A stretch of DNA of 64,000 bases from Lama glama. Lineage: Eukaryota. The notes beneath the pieces were generated by a model. That model made no database searches. It was given only the letters and a program-made list of their open reading frames with translations, and was not told the origin of the DNA. The DNA lies in assembly GCA_028534125.1 (NCBI GenBank), contig CM052816.1, positions 76,386,001 through 76,450,000 of the forward strand, read 5' to 3'. Shown here piece after piece: positions 13,400-25,798 of this stretch (positions are counted from its first letter, which is position 1; the number at the start of each line of letters is the position of its first letter). A program made the position numbers and the translations under genes.

Positions 13400-14155
13400 T
13401 TCTTACTGTCACCGATCATCTTTCGCCTGAACCATTGCCTGCCCTGCGTTTCCATCTCTGCCCTCTCCAAAATATTCTCCTTACGGCAAACTACTCATTT
13501 TGAAGCAAATCTAACTATGCCATTCTTTTTCATAAGACCCTTCAAGGCATTTTCATTACACATATGAAAAAAAGCCACAGTCCTCACCATGCAACAAGGC
13601 CTAGCATAAGACACCCTGCCCATCCCTCAAACCTCCTCTGGGCACTGTTTTTCTCCTTTACATGCTCACCCAGCCTAGGGCCTTGTCCCATGCTCTAAAC
13701 TCTTCCCAAGAGACTCTTCTTCCAAACCCTCCTTGGGGCTAGGTCCTTCCCATCATTTAGGATTCAGCTGAAGAGTCACCTTCCCAGAGAGCACTTCCTT
13801 AAACCAGAACTTTGTTGTTGTTTTTAATGGAGGTACTGGGGATTGAACCCAGGACCTCATGCGTGCTAAGCATGCACTCTACCACTGAGCTGTACCCTCC
13901 CTGCTTCCTTGAATACTTGGTTTAAAGTCCATCTCTGTTACTCTTCACCTTAGCACCCTGTTTCCTTCTTAGGACATCATTCAGCTTTCAGTTTTTGCAT
14001 TTATTAAAATCAAGTCTCATGCTTTGTGTGTACCTTGCCCCACGTAAGTTCTCTGAAGCAGGAACCCTGCTTGTCTCATCTGTTTGGCTCTCAGCTCAAT
14101 GACTTGCTTTGGAGTAAGTACTACATACATTCTTGTTGCATGAATGATTGAATAT
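13400..14155 (+). mobile_element. L2 LINE 3' end, interrupted by a SINE
   Basis: 'agtcctcaccatgcaacaaggcc', 'ttcccatcatttaggattcagctgaagagtcaccttcccagagag', terminal 'tgaatgattgaat'. Confidence 0.7.
13811..13901 (-). mobile_element. tRNA-Ala-derived SINE (camelid vic-1-like) with intact A and B boxes
   Basis: Reverse complement is gggagggtacagctcagtggtagagtgcatgcttagcacgcatgaggtcctgggttcaatccccagtacctcca followed by an A-rich tail. Confidence 0.9.
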
Positions 14156-15091
14156 ATGCATGCTCACTTTTTGAGAGGTAGCCTGATGCTTTCCAAACTA
14201 CATAATGCTTCATATAAATATATATATGGTAATGAAGAAGAGATGAGAAGTATGGGCCATGAATTCTATCATCAGCGAATGAGAAATGAGGCAGACGGAG
14301 GGATATTGTTAAATATTCCATCTGCTCTTTCTGTGAAGCAGCAGTTTGGAAACATTGGCAAACTCTATTTTGTTATTAACAAAGTCGAAGAAAAGTAGAG
14401 GCCTACATGGGCTGGCAGGTTCAGGGACAGGTTAATGTAGAAGAAAGGGCTTGAGGTGAGTCTTGAAAGAAATGTGGAATTGGGTCAGAATGGAAGAGTT
14501 AAGAAGAAATGATGAGTAAATCATGCAAAGCTATGGATATAGGAAGGCTGGAATTATATAGCTTCATGGGGTACTAAGGAATTATAACTTCCTGATTTCT
14601 AGACACAGTGCTCCATGGAATTAGATTTCTGAATTCTCTGTTCACTCACTTATCACTTACATACCTTGGTTTATTTCAAACCTGTTCTTGGTTTTTCTTA
14701 AAGTATTTCTTAGAGCAAGCCTGCCTTTGGAAAAAAAAATGAGAGAAATGAAGAAGTCAGAATATTTTACTCTGTAACCCTTCTTGAGATTTACATTTTA
14801 TTATAGATCATGTAATGCTTTTTCCTTATTCATTTTATTGAGAAGTTGGTGATATGGCAGAACAAGCCTGCATCTGAGAATAACTCATAGCCACAGAGGT
14901 CCATTCATCACCCAGGGCTCTCTTGTTAATGAAGCCAAGTAGGAGGAAACAGATGTCTGACTTGGTTATTTGGTTAACCCTCTTTAGGGAAAGTATTTTA
15001 TCCAGCCCCACATTGTGCATCTTGAGAAGAGACTAGACTGGAGGCTAGGAGTATCAGAACTGGGCTTCTCCAGTGTATCCAACATCTCCTA

Positions 15092-15455
15092 TGTACCACT
15101 TCAGATTCTGTTTGTCTCACCTCTTCCTCTAGCCATTGCTACAAAAACCAGTTCACTGAACCTTTGCTTAAGTGTCACACAGGTACATCCTGACAACACC
15201 TGGCTCAGACCCATCTTAGAGCTCTATTTCTTGCCATGGGGCTTCTCCTGCCTGAGGTGTATTTCATGTGTCTCTTCTTAAAGTCACATTGAGTCAAGCT
15301 CCACCTACAGTGGGAAAATGGGTAACATATTCTTGTATTGTTTTTTTTTCTTCCTTTCTTCCCTTTCTGTCTTGTCTCTCTCCTTCCCCAATGAACTAGC
15401 CACAAACAAGCCTTTGTCCCAAGCTCTTTTTTGGGGGGGACCCAAAGCTAAAACA
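15092..15455. mobile_element. ERVL-class LTR (LTR16/LTR33-like)
   Basis: Ends 'aagcctttgtcccaagctctttt...ggggggacccaaagctaaaaca', a typical terminus of this LTR group; begins with TG. Confidence 0.55.
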
Positions 15456-18400
15456 CCATTTAAAACAAAGCAGGAATTACATAAATGGCAAGATGCCAAG
15501 AGTACTCAAATAGGCCTGTAACGGACAAAATAGTACTGATGCAAGACATTCACAGTTCAAGATATCACCATTGTAAACACTAGCCTTTGTTACAGAAATA
15601 AATATCTTCTGGGGTGGTTATGTGAGTGAGAAACTGGGGTCAGGTTGGTCAGAAAAGAGCCAGGTAACCTGCAGAGAGAAAGAGACAAGATGGGGTTCCT
15701 TGACCAGGGAACATGCTAAGGACTGTGGGGTGGAGTGCTAAGAGAAACACTGAGAAGAGGGGTGATCTCATGCTGAATACAATCTTTATATGTAACTCAA
15801 TTTTGCCTGGAGTCTGCAGGAGATCTGGAACTGTGAGGGCTGGTGCTCTGCCACCTTTCTGCTAGTCAAATGTATGTGGCCTTTTTACAATTTAAATATA
15901 CCTTAATAGTTTCATTAATGGCTAAAACCAATCCCTGCTGGGTGATCAACAGCAAGCCTGCCATTTTGATACAGGCAATGGGATGTGAATTATTTAGATT
16001 AACTGCCTGTGAGCCCAGGCTGATAGACTAGAGCACTTTTACCTCTCTGTTAAGCCCTGCCCAGCCTACATAGAATCATAGATCAAGAGTGGTCCAAAGA
16101 AGTTTGTAGATAAGGAAACAGGGCTCTGGAAGGATGGCAACCATGCTAAGGGAGGAAGCAAGATCTTCTGACTTCCAAATCAAACTGGTACATTTTCTCT
16201 GATTTGTGCACTTTCTCAAAGGGAAAAATGAGTGAGGTTAGGGTGGGTGATGAGGGCAGGTTAGGTCACAATAATATAACCTGGGAGAATTTGTTCTTTT
16301 CCTTCTTTTAAAAAAGGTTTTGCTTTTTGTTTCCTTCACACATCTGTTCTTTCCTCTACTTTCTGCTCCTACTTGCAGGATGTTTTAAATTTTTTTACTC
16401 ACATATGTACATGATCACCCAAAGTATTTGTGCCATGCACTCTCTTCTCTTCAGAAAACACTTTAGTCCCAAGCTCTGAGATTCATAAAATCATCTTAAA
16501 AAGTCAGCACTTAGCTTATTTTCCTATCCCAACCACCCACAAGCCATAGCTTCTCTTATGATTTAATGTTAGGAGAACCCTCTACTAGGCTCAACAGGTC
16601 TGGAGATTTTAAGAGGTTTGCTCCTGCCTTTCAGGGTACTCTAATAGCTTTTTGATATCGTTCAAACTTTTTTTTCTTTCTTTTTATTATTATTATTATT
16701 ATTTTAAACATCTTGAAGTTCTGAGCACCAAGTGCCTCCCATAGTGTACTTTTTCCTAGGTAATTCTATTTTAAAATATTTTTTAAAAATATTTATAAGC
16801 AAATTTAATACATTCCCATTCTATGGGAAACAGTGATAGAACCAAATTTTCCCATTAATATTACGTAGCTACTTAACCTAAGGGGTCCCAACAGTTCAAA
16901 GCTCACATAAATATTAACTTTAATCCCTTATATCTAGGGCTTCCCACTGTTAGTTTAACCCACAGAGCCCAATAACTTCACTCCCCTGAGGCAAATCTTT
17001 GGAAGCAGTGTTCAGTTTTAAAATCAGATCAGAGCTCCTGAATTATTTCTTAGAGTCCCCCTTTGCTTGGCTCACTGATTCCAGTTTTGCTCTCATTGTC
17101 TTTGATCTCACAAATTATATACATGAAATGGATCAATACAGGAATCTGAGTATTTATGATCATCGTATTTTTCATTTGATGGCTAACAGTATTTTGACTA
17201 AAGCAAGCAAAACTCCAACTTTCAGTCAGCAAATATTTCACAAAAGTCCTTTCCAGATAGAAATGTTAGAAGAAGCTACAATGATTTGACCAATGAGTCA
17301 GTTTTAATTATTTTCTAAATAGGAAGTTTCAGGTCTTTGAATACCTTAAATCCAAAGAGTTTAATCAAACAAATGAATATTCATTACTCAATAGAAGCTT
17401 GCTGACAAATGTGGGAAATATGCTAAAATGGAAACAAAGAGGATGTAGAACATGTTATTTTCATATCATTTCCTGATGAATGGTTGATTCAATAAGTATT
17501 CCCAAATCCTGTCTCCCTGCTTCTCTTTATAGAATTAGCCAAATACTTGTTTCTCTGGTCTCCTTTGCTTTCCTAATAAAAAGGACCATCATGGCTGGCA
17601 CCACCACTCTGTCCTTTGACCCATCAACAATATAAGGAAATCTGCCTTCAGACATTTTGTAATTAAAGAAAAAATTAAGTTCTATTTGTCTAATCCATTA
17701 TCAATTAAGTTTCATTTACTGTGTGCACATCCAAACTGCTACATCTTTATATTCAATATATATGCTGCCAAGGCCTTAGCTACTAAGGATCACTGTCTTC
17801 CACAGACTAATGTGCAAAATTAAGCTACAGACTGCTGCAATTCTGCCTAACAAAGGAACAGAAATATCTTCCTAACAAAGTATTCTGTCATCAGTCAATG
17901 ATACTTTATTCTAATGGCTTTAATTAGTTTTGTATTCGTTACCATGAACAAGCAGCATGGAGATTTTATTCATCAATGTTTAAGCCTTTTGTTTGTTTGT
18001 TGCTATAATGCGGTTCTCCTAAGTTTGACTGGTAGTTCTTCTTTGATTGTTGGGGAGTGCTAAGAAAAATAATTATCCTTGATTATGCTGGAAGTTAGCA
18101 AAAAAAATATTAAGTTTAAAGTTTAAATCAGGACACTCTTAACTGAGAAGTCTTGGGACATCACATCTTATTATATTCCAGTACAATTTCTCTCCTTTCC
18201 CTGATTTGGACAAAAGTGAAGTGAGAGTTAGCTTGATATCTTTTAGCTTGGATTAAATGCAGGAAAATAACTTTTATACTGAGGCAAATAGTTGTTATTT
18301 ATCCTTATTATTTCAGTAGAGAAGTGAAATATGAGAGAAACTAAAAATTCAGTTATTAATATTCAAACAAGCATATCATTATTCTAGAATTACCAACACA

Positions 18401-19076
18401 TATATAATTGAAGTGGCATGTTTGACTCTGTTTCTAGAATGTTCCCTTTTATCAAACTAGATGAGGATTGCTCTTCAATCTAATGAATGAGTGATAGTGT
18501 GATAAAGTAGTGAAGCACATCATCCAAAGGCAAGGTGGGAAGAATTTATTTGATGCTTTGTCTGTTTACCCTACCCTTTAAATAATACTAACCTAGAGAC
18601 CAAAGAAATTAAGAAAGTACCTTTGCATAGGGCCCATCCATGCTAGGGATCCACTACAGGGTTCAGAGGATCCTTGGCATAAGACTTACTACATTCAGCA
18701 CTACATAGACAACTTTTCTTTCAAGAGCCTTCTAAATCAAACCAGGAATCCAGACAAAGGATTTAGGTAAAATCTATAGTAAAGAAGTTTCTGTCTCTAA
18801 GTTTAATGAGCTTTTGAAAATAAATGAAGGAATAGTAACCTAAAGAATAAGGTAAGAGACAAAGAGAAGGCTTCAGGTGGAGTTCTCTGTCTCCATCTGA
18901 AAAGAATTAACAGTAACAACAAAAACATAAAGAATTTAAATTTTTTTAATCTCTTTTCCTGTTTTTAAAAAAAAAAATTTCTTCCTAAACATTCAGACCT
19001 CTAGATTGAATTGGGAGAATGAGCCAAAGCTGAATTTCCTTTTTTCCTGGGAGAAAAAGAAACACTCCTAAGTAAT

Positions 19077-19536
19077 TGTATTAATTTCCTAGGGCTGCTC
19101 TAACAAAATACCACAAACTGAGTGACCTGAACAACAGAAATGTATTGCCTCACAGTTCTGGAGGATAGAAGTTTGAGATCAAAGTGTCAGCAGAGTTGGC
19201 TCCTTGTGAGCACTATGAGGAAGAATCTGTTCCATGTTTCTCACCTAGTTTCTTGTGGTTTTCTGACAATCTTTGGTATTCTTTTACTTGTAGATATATG
19301 TCCCCAATCTTGACTGTCATCATTACATGGCATTATCCCTGTATATGTGTGTCTTTCACTATTTCCAAATTTCCCTTATTATAAAGATGCAGTCACACTA
19401 GGTTAGGATCCATCCTAGTGACCTTATCTTAACTTGATCATGTGGAAATACTCTTTTTTCCAAATAAGTTCACATTCATAGGTACTAGGGGTTAGGACTT
19501 CAACATCTATTGGAAAACACAATTCAACCCATAGCA
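19077..19536 (-). mobile_element. MaLR solo LTR (MLT1C-like)
   Basis: 'tgtattaatttcctagggctgctctaacaaaataccacaaactg...ctcacagttctggagg...cacaattcaacccatagca'. Confidence 0.9.
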
Positions 19537-19964
19537 TTAGATACACTTAACTGAAGGATTTTAACAAAATCTGAAAAGAACAAGTAACAGTGAATCCTCC
19601 AACTGCACAAAGTTTCAGATAGTCTCCCAATCCCTGTTCCTTCAGACTTGAGTGAAGGTTTAGAAGACAACATTTATTCCACAAGTTCCATGTTCACAAT
19701 CTTAGAAAGGGAGTAGAAGAGTCAAAGAACGATCATCAAAGTTAAATAAAAGGGAATAAAATGTCAAGGTGAGTGAAAAATTGTCACTACAAACATGCAA
19801 ATATTTTACAGCAAAAATAGGTAACATACTAAGCAAAAGATAGATGAAGAAGTTGAACATCATAAGAAAACCTTCATGACTACTCCATATTAAGGAAGTC
19901 AGTGAAGATACGAGTTTTGAGAAAAAAGTACTCAAAGATGAGATTATTAAAAATAGCAGAGTAA

Positions 19965-21811
19965 CAGAGAATGTGGCCAAGATGGAAGAGTAGAAGAACC
20001 TTGGGCTCACCTGCAGAAATCACAAACACATGGAGAAACTGAAGAGGACACAAGTAGATGGAAAGATATACCAAACTCTTGGATTGGAACAATCAATATT
20101 GTTAAAATGGCCATTCTACCCACAGCAAGCTACAGATTCAGTGCAATCCCTAACAAATTACCAATGAATTTTTTTTACAGAACTAAAACAAAAAAAATTA
20201 AATTTGTATGGAAACACTAAAGACTCAAAATAGAGAAAACAATCTTGAGATAGAAGAATAGAGCCAGAGGAATCACACTCCCTGACTTCCGACTATTCTG
20301 CAAAGCTATAGTAATAAAAAAAATATGATACTGGCACAAAAACAGATCTGTAGATTAATAGAACAGGATAGGAAGCCCAGAAATAAACCCACACACTTAT
20401 GGTCAATTAATCTGTGACAAAGAAGGCAAGGATATACAGTGGAGAAAAGACAGTCTCTTCAATAAGTTATGCTGGAGAAACTGGACAGCTACATGTAAAA
20501 GAATGAAATTAGAACATTCTCTAACACCATATACAAAGATAAACTCAAAATGGATTAAAGACCTAAATGTAAGACTGGATACTATAAAATTGCTAGGGGA
20601 AAACATTGGCAGAACACTCTTTGACATAAATCACAGCAATTTTTTTTGGATCTATCTCTTAGAGTAATGGAAATTAAAAAAAATAAATAAACAAATGGGA
20701 CCTAACTAAACTTTAAAGCTTTTGCACACCAAAGGAAACCATAAACAAAATGAAAAAAAATTTCATTTTTTCGGAATGTAATGGAAGAAAATATTTGCAA
20801 ATGATCTGACCAACAAGGGACTCATTTCCAAAATATACAAACAGCTCATACTGCTCAATATCTAAATAAATAAATAAATAAATAAATAGCCAACCAACTG
20901 AATCAAAAAGTGAGCAGAAGGCCTAAAAAGAAATTTCTCCAAAGAAGACATACAGGTGGCCAAGAGGCACATGAAAAGATGCTCAATATCACTAATTATT
21001 AGAGAAATGCAAATCAATACCACAATGAGGTATCATCTCACATCATTCATAATGGCCATCATTCAAAAGTCCACAAATGATAAATGCTAGAGAAGGTGTG
21101 GAGATAAAAGGAACCCTCCTACACTATTGGTGTGAATGTAAACTGGTGCAGACACTGTGGAGAACAGTATGGAGATTCCTTCAAAAACTAAAAATAGGTT
21201 TACCATATGATCCAGCAACCCCACTCCTGGGCATATATCCAGAGGAAACTCTACTTTGAAAAAGTACATGCACCCCAATGTTCATAACAGCACTGTTTAC
21301 AATAGTCAAGACATGGAAACAACCTAAACGTCCATCAATGGATGAATGGATAAAGAAGATGTGGTGTATACATACAATGGAATGTTACTCAACTATAAAA
21401 AAAAAATGAAATAATGTCATTTGCAGCAACATGGATGGACCTAGAGATTATCATGTTAATTGAAGTAAGACAGAAAGACAAATATCATATGATATCACTT
21501 ATAGGTGGAATCTAATGAAATGTTACAAATGAACTTATTTACAAGACAGAAATATACTCACAAATGTACACAACAAACTATGGTTATCAAAGGGAAGGGT
21601 TGAGGAAGGGATAAATTAGGAGTTTGGGATTAAAATATACACTCTACTATATATAAAATAGATATGCAACAAGGATCTAATGTATAGCACAGAGAACTAT
21701 ATTTAATATTTTGTAATAATCTATAATAGCAAAGAACCTATAACTGAAGCACTTTGCTGTACACCTGAAACTAATAAAAACATTGTAAATCAAATATACT
21801 TGAATAAAAAA
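19965..21811 (+). mobile_element. LINE-1 element (decayed distal ORF2 + 3' UTR) with TSD and an apparent retained 5' terminus
   Basis: ORF track 21077-21259 gives ORF2 C-terminal motifs (GTLLHYWCECKLVQTLW...[14 protein letters not shown]); AATAAA and A-run at the end; TSD agcagagtaa at 19955-19964 and 21812-21821. Confidence 0.95.
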
Positions 21812-22579
21812 AGCAGAGTAATGTTAAAATATTACAGGAGAAAAAATAAATAATTTAAATGGTATTATTAGAAACCAGTAAATAAAATAAAATTGCATCA
21901 AAAAAACTAGAAGAATGTAATTTTAATTACTTATCTGAGGAAGAAGATCATTGCAATAAATGCAGAGAAGTAGGAAATAAAAACAAATGCAAGTAATCCA
22001 CAGAAAAATACAAAAATAGAGGACAAAGACCACCCAACATAAGCATAATTGATGTCCTTTAAAACCATCCAGAGATATAATAGCTGAAATTTTTCTTGAA
22101 ATGGATTTATAGGTCGTAATGCACACACAGTTACACGAAAAAAGACACACATATGTTGATGCTAAGCCATAGTTTTAGGAAAAATGCTTTATTTAGATAT
22201 AAAGATGAAAAATTGAGTTCCTTATAAGGAGGAATATCAGGGTCTTAGATACGTTTTCACCTTTTCACCCTCATGCCAGAGAACAATAGAGCAACATCTA
22301 CATTTATAAATGTCTAAGGAATAGAAAGCATGATAAGAAGTTTATACCTAGCCACAGTATTCTTTGTTAAAATCCCAGACTTATTAAAATCACAGATTTT
22401 CTCAAGCATAAAAGAATTGAGGAAATATTTTGAAATATTCTTTCTAAAATTGCTTGATGATCAAATCTAGGCAGCAGAGATAAATAAAAAATAAATCAAC
22501 TAATAATAGATAATCTTTGCTAAAATACCAGTGTTGAGCTTTTGAATGTAAAATTAAGAACAAATAACCATGGGATCTA

Positions 22580-22659
22580 TAGCAAACAAACAGTATAATT
22601 AACTAAATTGAGAATAAATCTTAGTAAACAAACAGTATAATTAAGAAAATTGAGAGTAA
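22580..22659. repeat. 42-bp-period tandem duplication (2 copies)
   Basis: tagcaaacaaacagtataattaactaaattgagaataa vs tagtaaacaaacagtataattaagaaaattgagagtaa. Confidence 0.85.
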
Positions 22660-23812
22660 TAGGGAGGTAGTATAAAGTGTACTAATTTACTTTGTTTCCA
22701 AAGGAGAAAGACAGTTGGTAGTAATTAGCTTTAAAAAGAAATAAAAGAAAAATAATGTTTCAAAAATTTCAGCCTGTTTTCCAAATAATAGAGATGTCAA
22801 TTTGCATAGGAAACTGAACAGCCAAATAGAGAACAGATGCCACCAACCATTTCTTTGTTCTTATCCATTTCAACAATCAAATTCACTTCCCCCTCTTTAG
22901 TTTCATAGCTTTATAAATTTTGAATTTTAAAGAATATTATTAGGTTGTTTATTAGTTTAGGAGATCATGCATATAGACATTCTGTCATAGTATAGTTAAA
23001 TAGTCTTAGTTATTGATCCCAAACAGAAAATTAATACTTATTTTCAGTTTCCCTGGGGGGAAAATTGCTTCCTGAACTTACTTAAACCTTATTTTTGTAA
23101 GTTTTGCTATTATGTCATAATGAAATATTGTCAGCCTCCAGCTCACTAAGAGTATATATAGTCCCATCAACTGTTAGCTGGCTTCTGCAGGGGGAGCAAA
23201 CATGTTGCTAAGGACCTGTCATCTTACTGAGCTATGACTGATAACCCCTAGCAGAATACACAAATGAAAAAGAACACAGTTTTAAAGAAGCAGTATACAG
23301 TAGATTATATCTGAGTGAACAGAAAGGGGAATTCTTATGGGAACACTGTCTACTACTTTGCCAAAAAGAGGTATGCTAGAACTCCTTATGGCGTGTCTAT
23401 ATGAAGAGATTTTTTTCCCAACTCTCTTCTCCTTCAGGTCTTAGACAAATGTTCAGTTAGTTCTGGCTCAACTAGAATTGATCCATGTTTATAAATATAA
23501 GCTTGGCATTGCAAAGTCTTACCTTTCCTTCCATTGTTCTCATGCTTTGAACAGATCGTCCTGAGAGAAGTATAGGTACATATGAGGTCAGTTTGTACTT
23601 CTGGTTGCTAGGAAGCTGGTCACCTGATTATTTTATCCATCAGTGTTGGATAGAGTCTCCAATGCATTGGATATTCTGACACGTGGAGTCAATAAAGAGA
23701 AATTCTGACTATTTAATATGTACCAAGCTTTATGCTGAGATGAAGAGGTAATTAGAGATAAATTCCAGGTGACCTCTTGTGTTCACTCAGATTTCATCTT
23801 TTCCATGATCTC

Positions 23813-23813
<1 letters not shown>

Positions 23814-23854
<41 letters not shown>
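23814..23854. repeat. (CA)~20 perfect microsatellite
   Basis: Uninterrupted AC run. Confidence 0.95.
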
Positions 23855-23856
<2 letters not shown>

Positions 23857-24473
23857 GTCATAATAACAGAAACATTTGACATTTCTTAAAAGTTAAATAT
23901 TTAAGAATTTATAAACTGTCTCTGGTAAGATTCACTTGAATTCAACCTATGTTTATTGATTATGTTCCATTTGGAAGACTCTATGCTATATATAATATTT
24001 TAAATAATGTGATGAACAGCAAGTTTAGTTTCTTCCAAGATACTCAGTACAGAAAAACTGGTAGCAGAATAGAAGACACGGGAGGGATTCTGGATAAAGC
24101 CAGAGCTAAGCAAGGATGGAAGAAGAATATTATAGCACAATTTTATCTTTAAGGCAGAGTAAAATGTATCACTAAAAGATGAAGAAAGAAAGGATCATAT
24201 GGAACAATTTATTGGGAAGGTTTGACCTTATATCAGCAGAAATGCTTAATTTAGTATAAGGATTTTATGAAAGAAAGAAGGGCCTGCGTTCTTGAAGCAT
24301 AATAGTGCAAATACAAGGTTGAGTAGCTGACATTTCTAGGAAGATCAAAGTTGAAAAAGTCACCATCCAATCTTCAAGGTGCCTTCCATCTAGTAAGTAA
24401 GATGATATAAACAAGTAGATAACTGTGATTTGAGAAGAAAAACAAATGGTAACTTGTGGATCTTCCAAGGAAG

Positions 24474-24870
24474 TGTGATGGCCACTATGAGATACCATGT
24501 GTATCTCCCTTAGTAATGAAAGATTTATTCCCCCACTGGTGAAAGAAAACCTTCAGATGGCAGCCCCTACAGGATTGAGTTAGCTGGAGAGTCACATTGT
24601 TCAAGGACATGCTACCCTGGCAGGGTGGCCGCACCCAGTGACTAATTGATGACAGGGTATGAATACCCGCTCACTTATCCTGACTTCAGAACCCCCCATA
24701 GAGTTAATCTGAGACTTTCACTGAGACCAAATTGCAGCTCAGCGTCTGCTGCTGTTCAGTCCTACTCTTTTATTTTTCTTTCCACAGGTGTTAGTCTTAA
24801 GAATACTCCCTGATATTTACTTTTTAATTATTGTGTTAGTGTCTGCTCTCTGAGGAACCAACTCTGTAGA
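24474..24870 (+). mobile_element. ERVL LTR (LTR16-like)
   Basis: 'tgtgatggccac...gagtcacattgttcaagg...gcagctcagcgtctgctgctgttcagtcctactc...ccacaggtgtt...gtctgctctctgaggaaccaac'. Confidence 0.75.
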
Positions 24871-25145
24871 ATTTCACATCAAAGTGGTCCGAGAAAGTGA
24901 ACAGTGGGATGGAATTTGCTACTTGGCTGGTGGTGAGATTCCAGTCACTGGTGGTAAGTGGAACACACATAGTCCCTGGTAGAAGGTGGCAGTGTAAATG
25001 TTAAAACTTTCACTGGTGAACTGGGATGAAGAAGTGGTGGAAGAGAATTCATTAGATGGTGTGATACATCAGGATCCTGAGAAATATAGGGGAAATAGTA
25101 TCCATAAGGACTATGGAGTTAAGTGACTATTGCTAAATTTGATTG
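24871..25145 (+). mobile_element. ERVL internal leader / gag-start remnant (ERV3-16A3-like)
   Basis: 'agtggtccgagaaag...gggatggaattt...cactggtggtaagtggaacac...taaggactatggagtt' directly after the LTR. Confidence 0.65.
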
Positions 25146-25593
25146 ACATGCTGGTCCAGCAGGCAGAAGAGTTTCCATTTTCTCTTGGGTAATTGATACT
25201 GGTAAGGCTGCAGTCATAAAAGGCCTACAAGGCGGGCAGGAGAGATGTGGTTGGGACCAGATGGTACGCTTGGGATCTTGTTGATGGTTGCCTACCCCAT
25301 TTTGACAGTAAATGGACAAGGGTGTGTTGTTTCCTCACCTGTCATGGAAACTGTTGCTTTAGAAGCTTGAAGACCCAGATGAATTGTAATTTGAGCTCAG
25401 TATTTATTACCTATATGAATTATTATGTATCTCTGGTTCTCAGTTTCTTATGTGTGAAGTGAGGAGGCTAAACAGCTGATATGTAAGTTTCTTTTTCAGC
25501 ATTATTAGTATTAAAAAATGAACAAATATAAAGATGACACTTAAAAGAAGCCATAGATTTCACATTTTTTTTAAATGTAGCATTTCATTCATA

Positions 25594-25798
25594 CAGTTGT
25601 CCTCTGATATCAGTAGAGAATTGGTACCAGGATCCCTCCCATACCAAAATTTGTGGAGGTTCAGTTCTCTTGGTTGGCCCTCTATATTCCCTGGTTCAGC
25701 ATTGCTGGATTCAACCAACCATGTATCATATATTATGTTTACTATTTGTTGTTGGTTTAATCCACAGATGAGAATCTGCAGATATGGAGGCCCAACTG
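25594..25798. mobile_element. Tigger-derived MITE (MER2/MER8-like)
   Basis: TA|cagttg...caactg|TA terminal inverted repeats with TA target duplication; internal 'ggattcaaccaacc'. Confidence 0.85.

Larger units (their letters stand above)
19700..22700 (+). mobile_element. Very old HAL1/L1 ORF1-like remnant, split by the younger L1 at 19965-21811
   Basis: A-rich text with ORF1-like motifs 'cccaacataagcataattgatgtcc', 'aatagctgaaatttttcttgaaat', 'aagtttatacctagccac' on both sides of the insertion. Confidence 0.5.

Noticed and set aside
13828..13899. Bona fide tRNA-Ala gene
   Set aside because: A-rich tail, insertion inside an L2, an acceptor-stem mismatch, no adjacent T-run terminator and two related degenerate copies in the window indicate a SINE.
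23410..23585. Pyrimidine tract with CAG acceptor near 23437
   Set aside because: No strong downstream donor and no recognisable coding frame; likely a pseudo-site.
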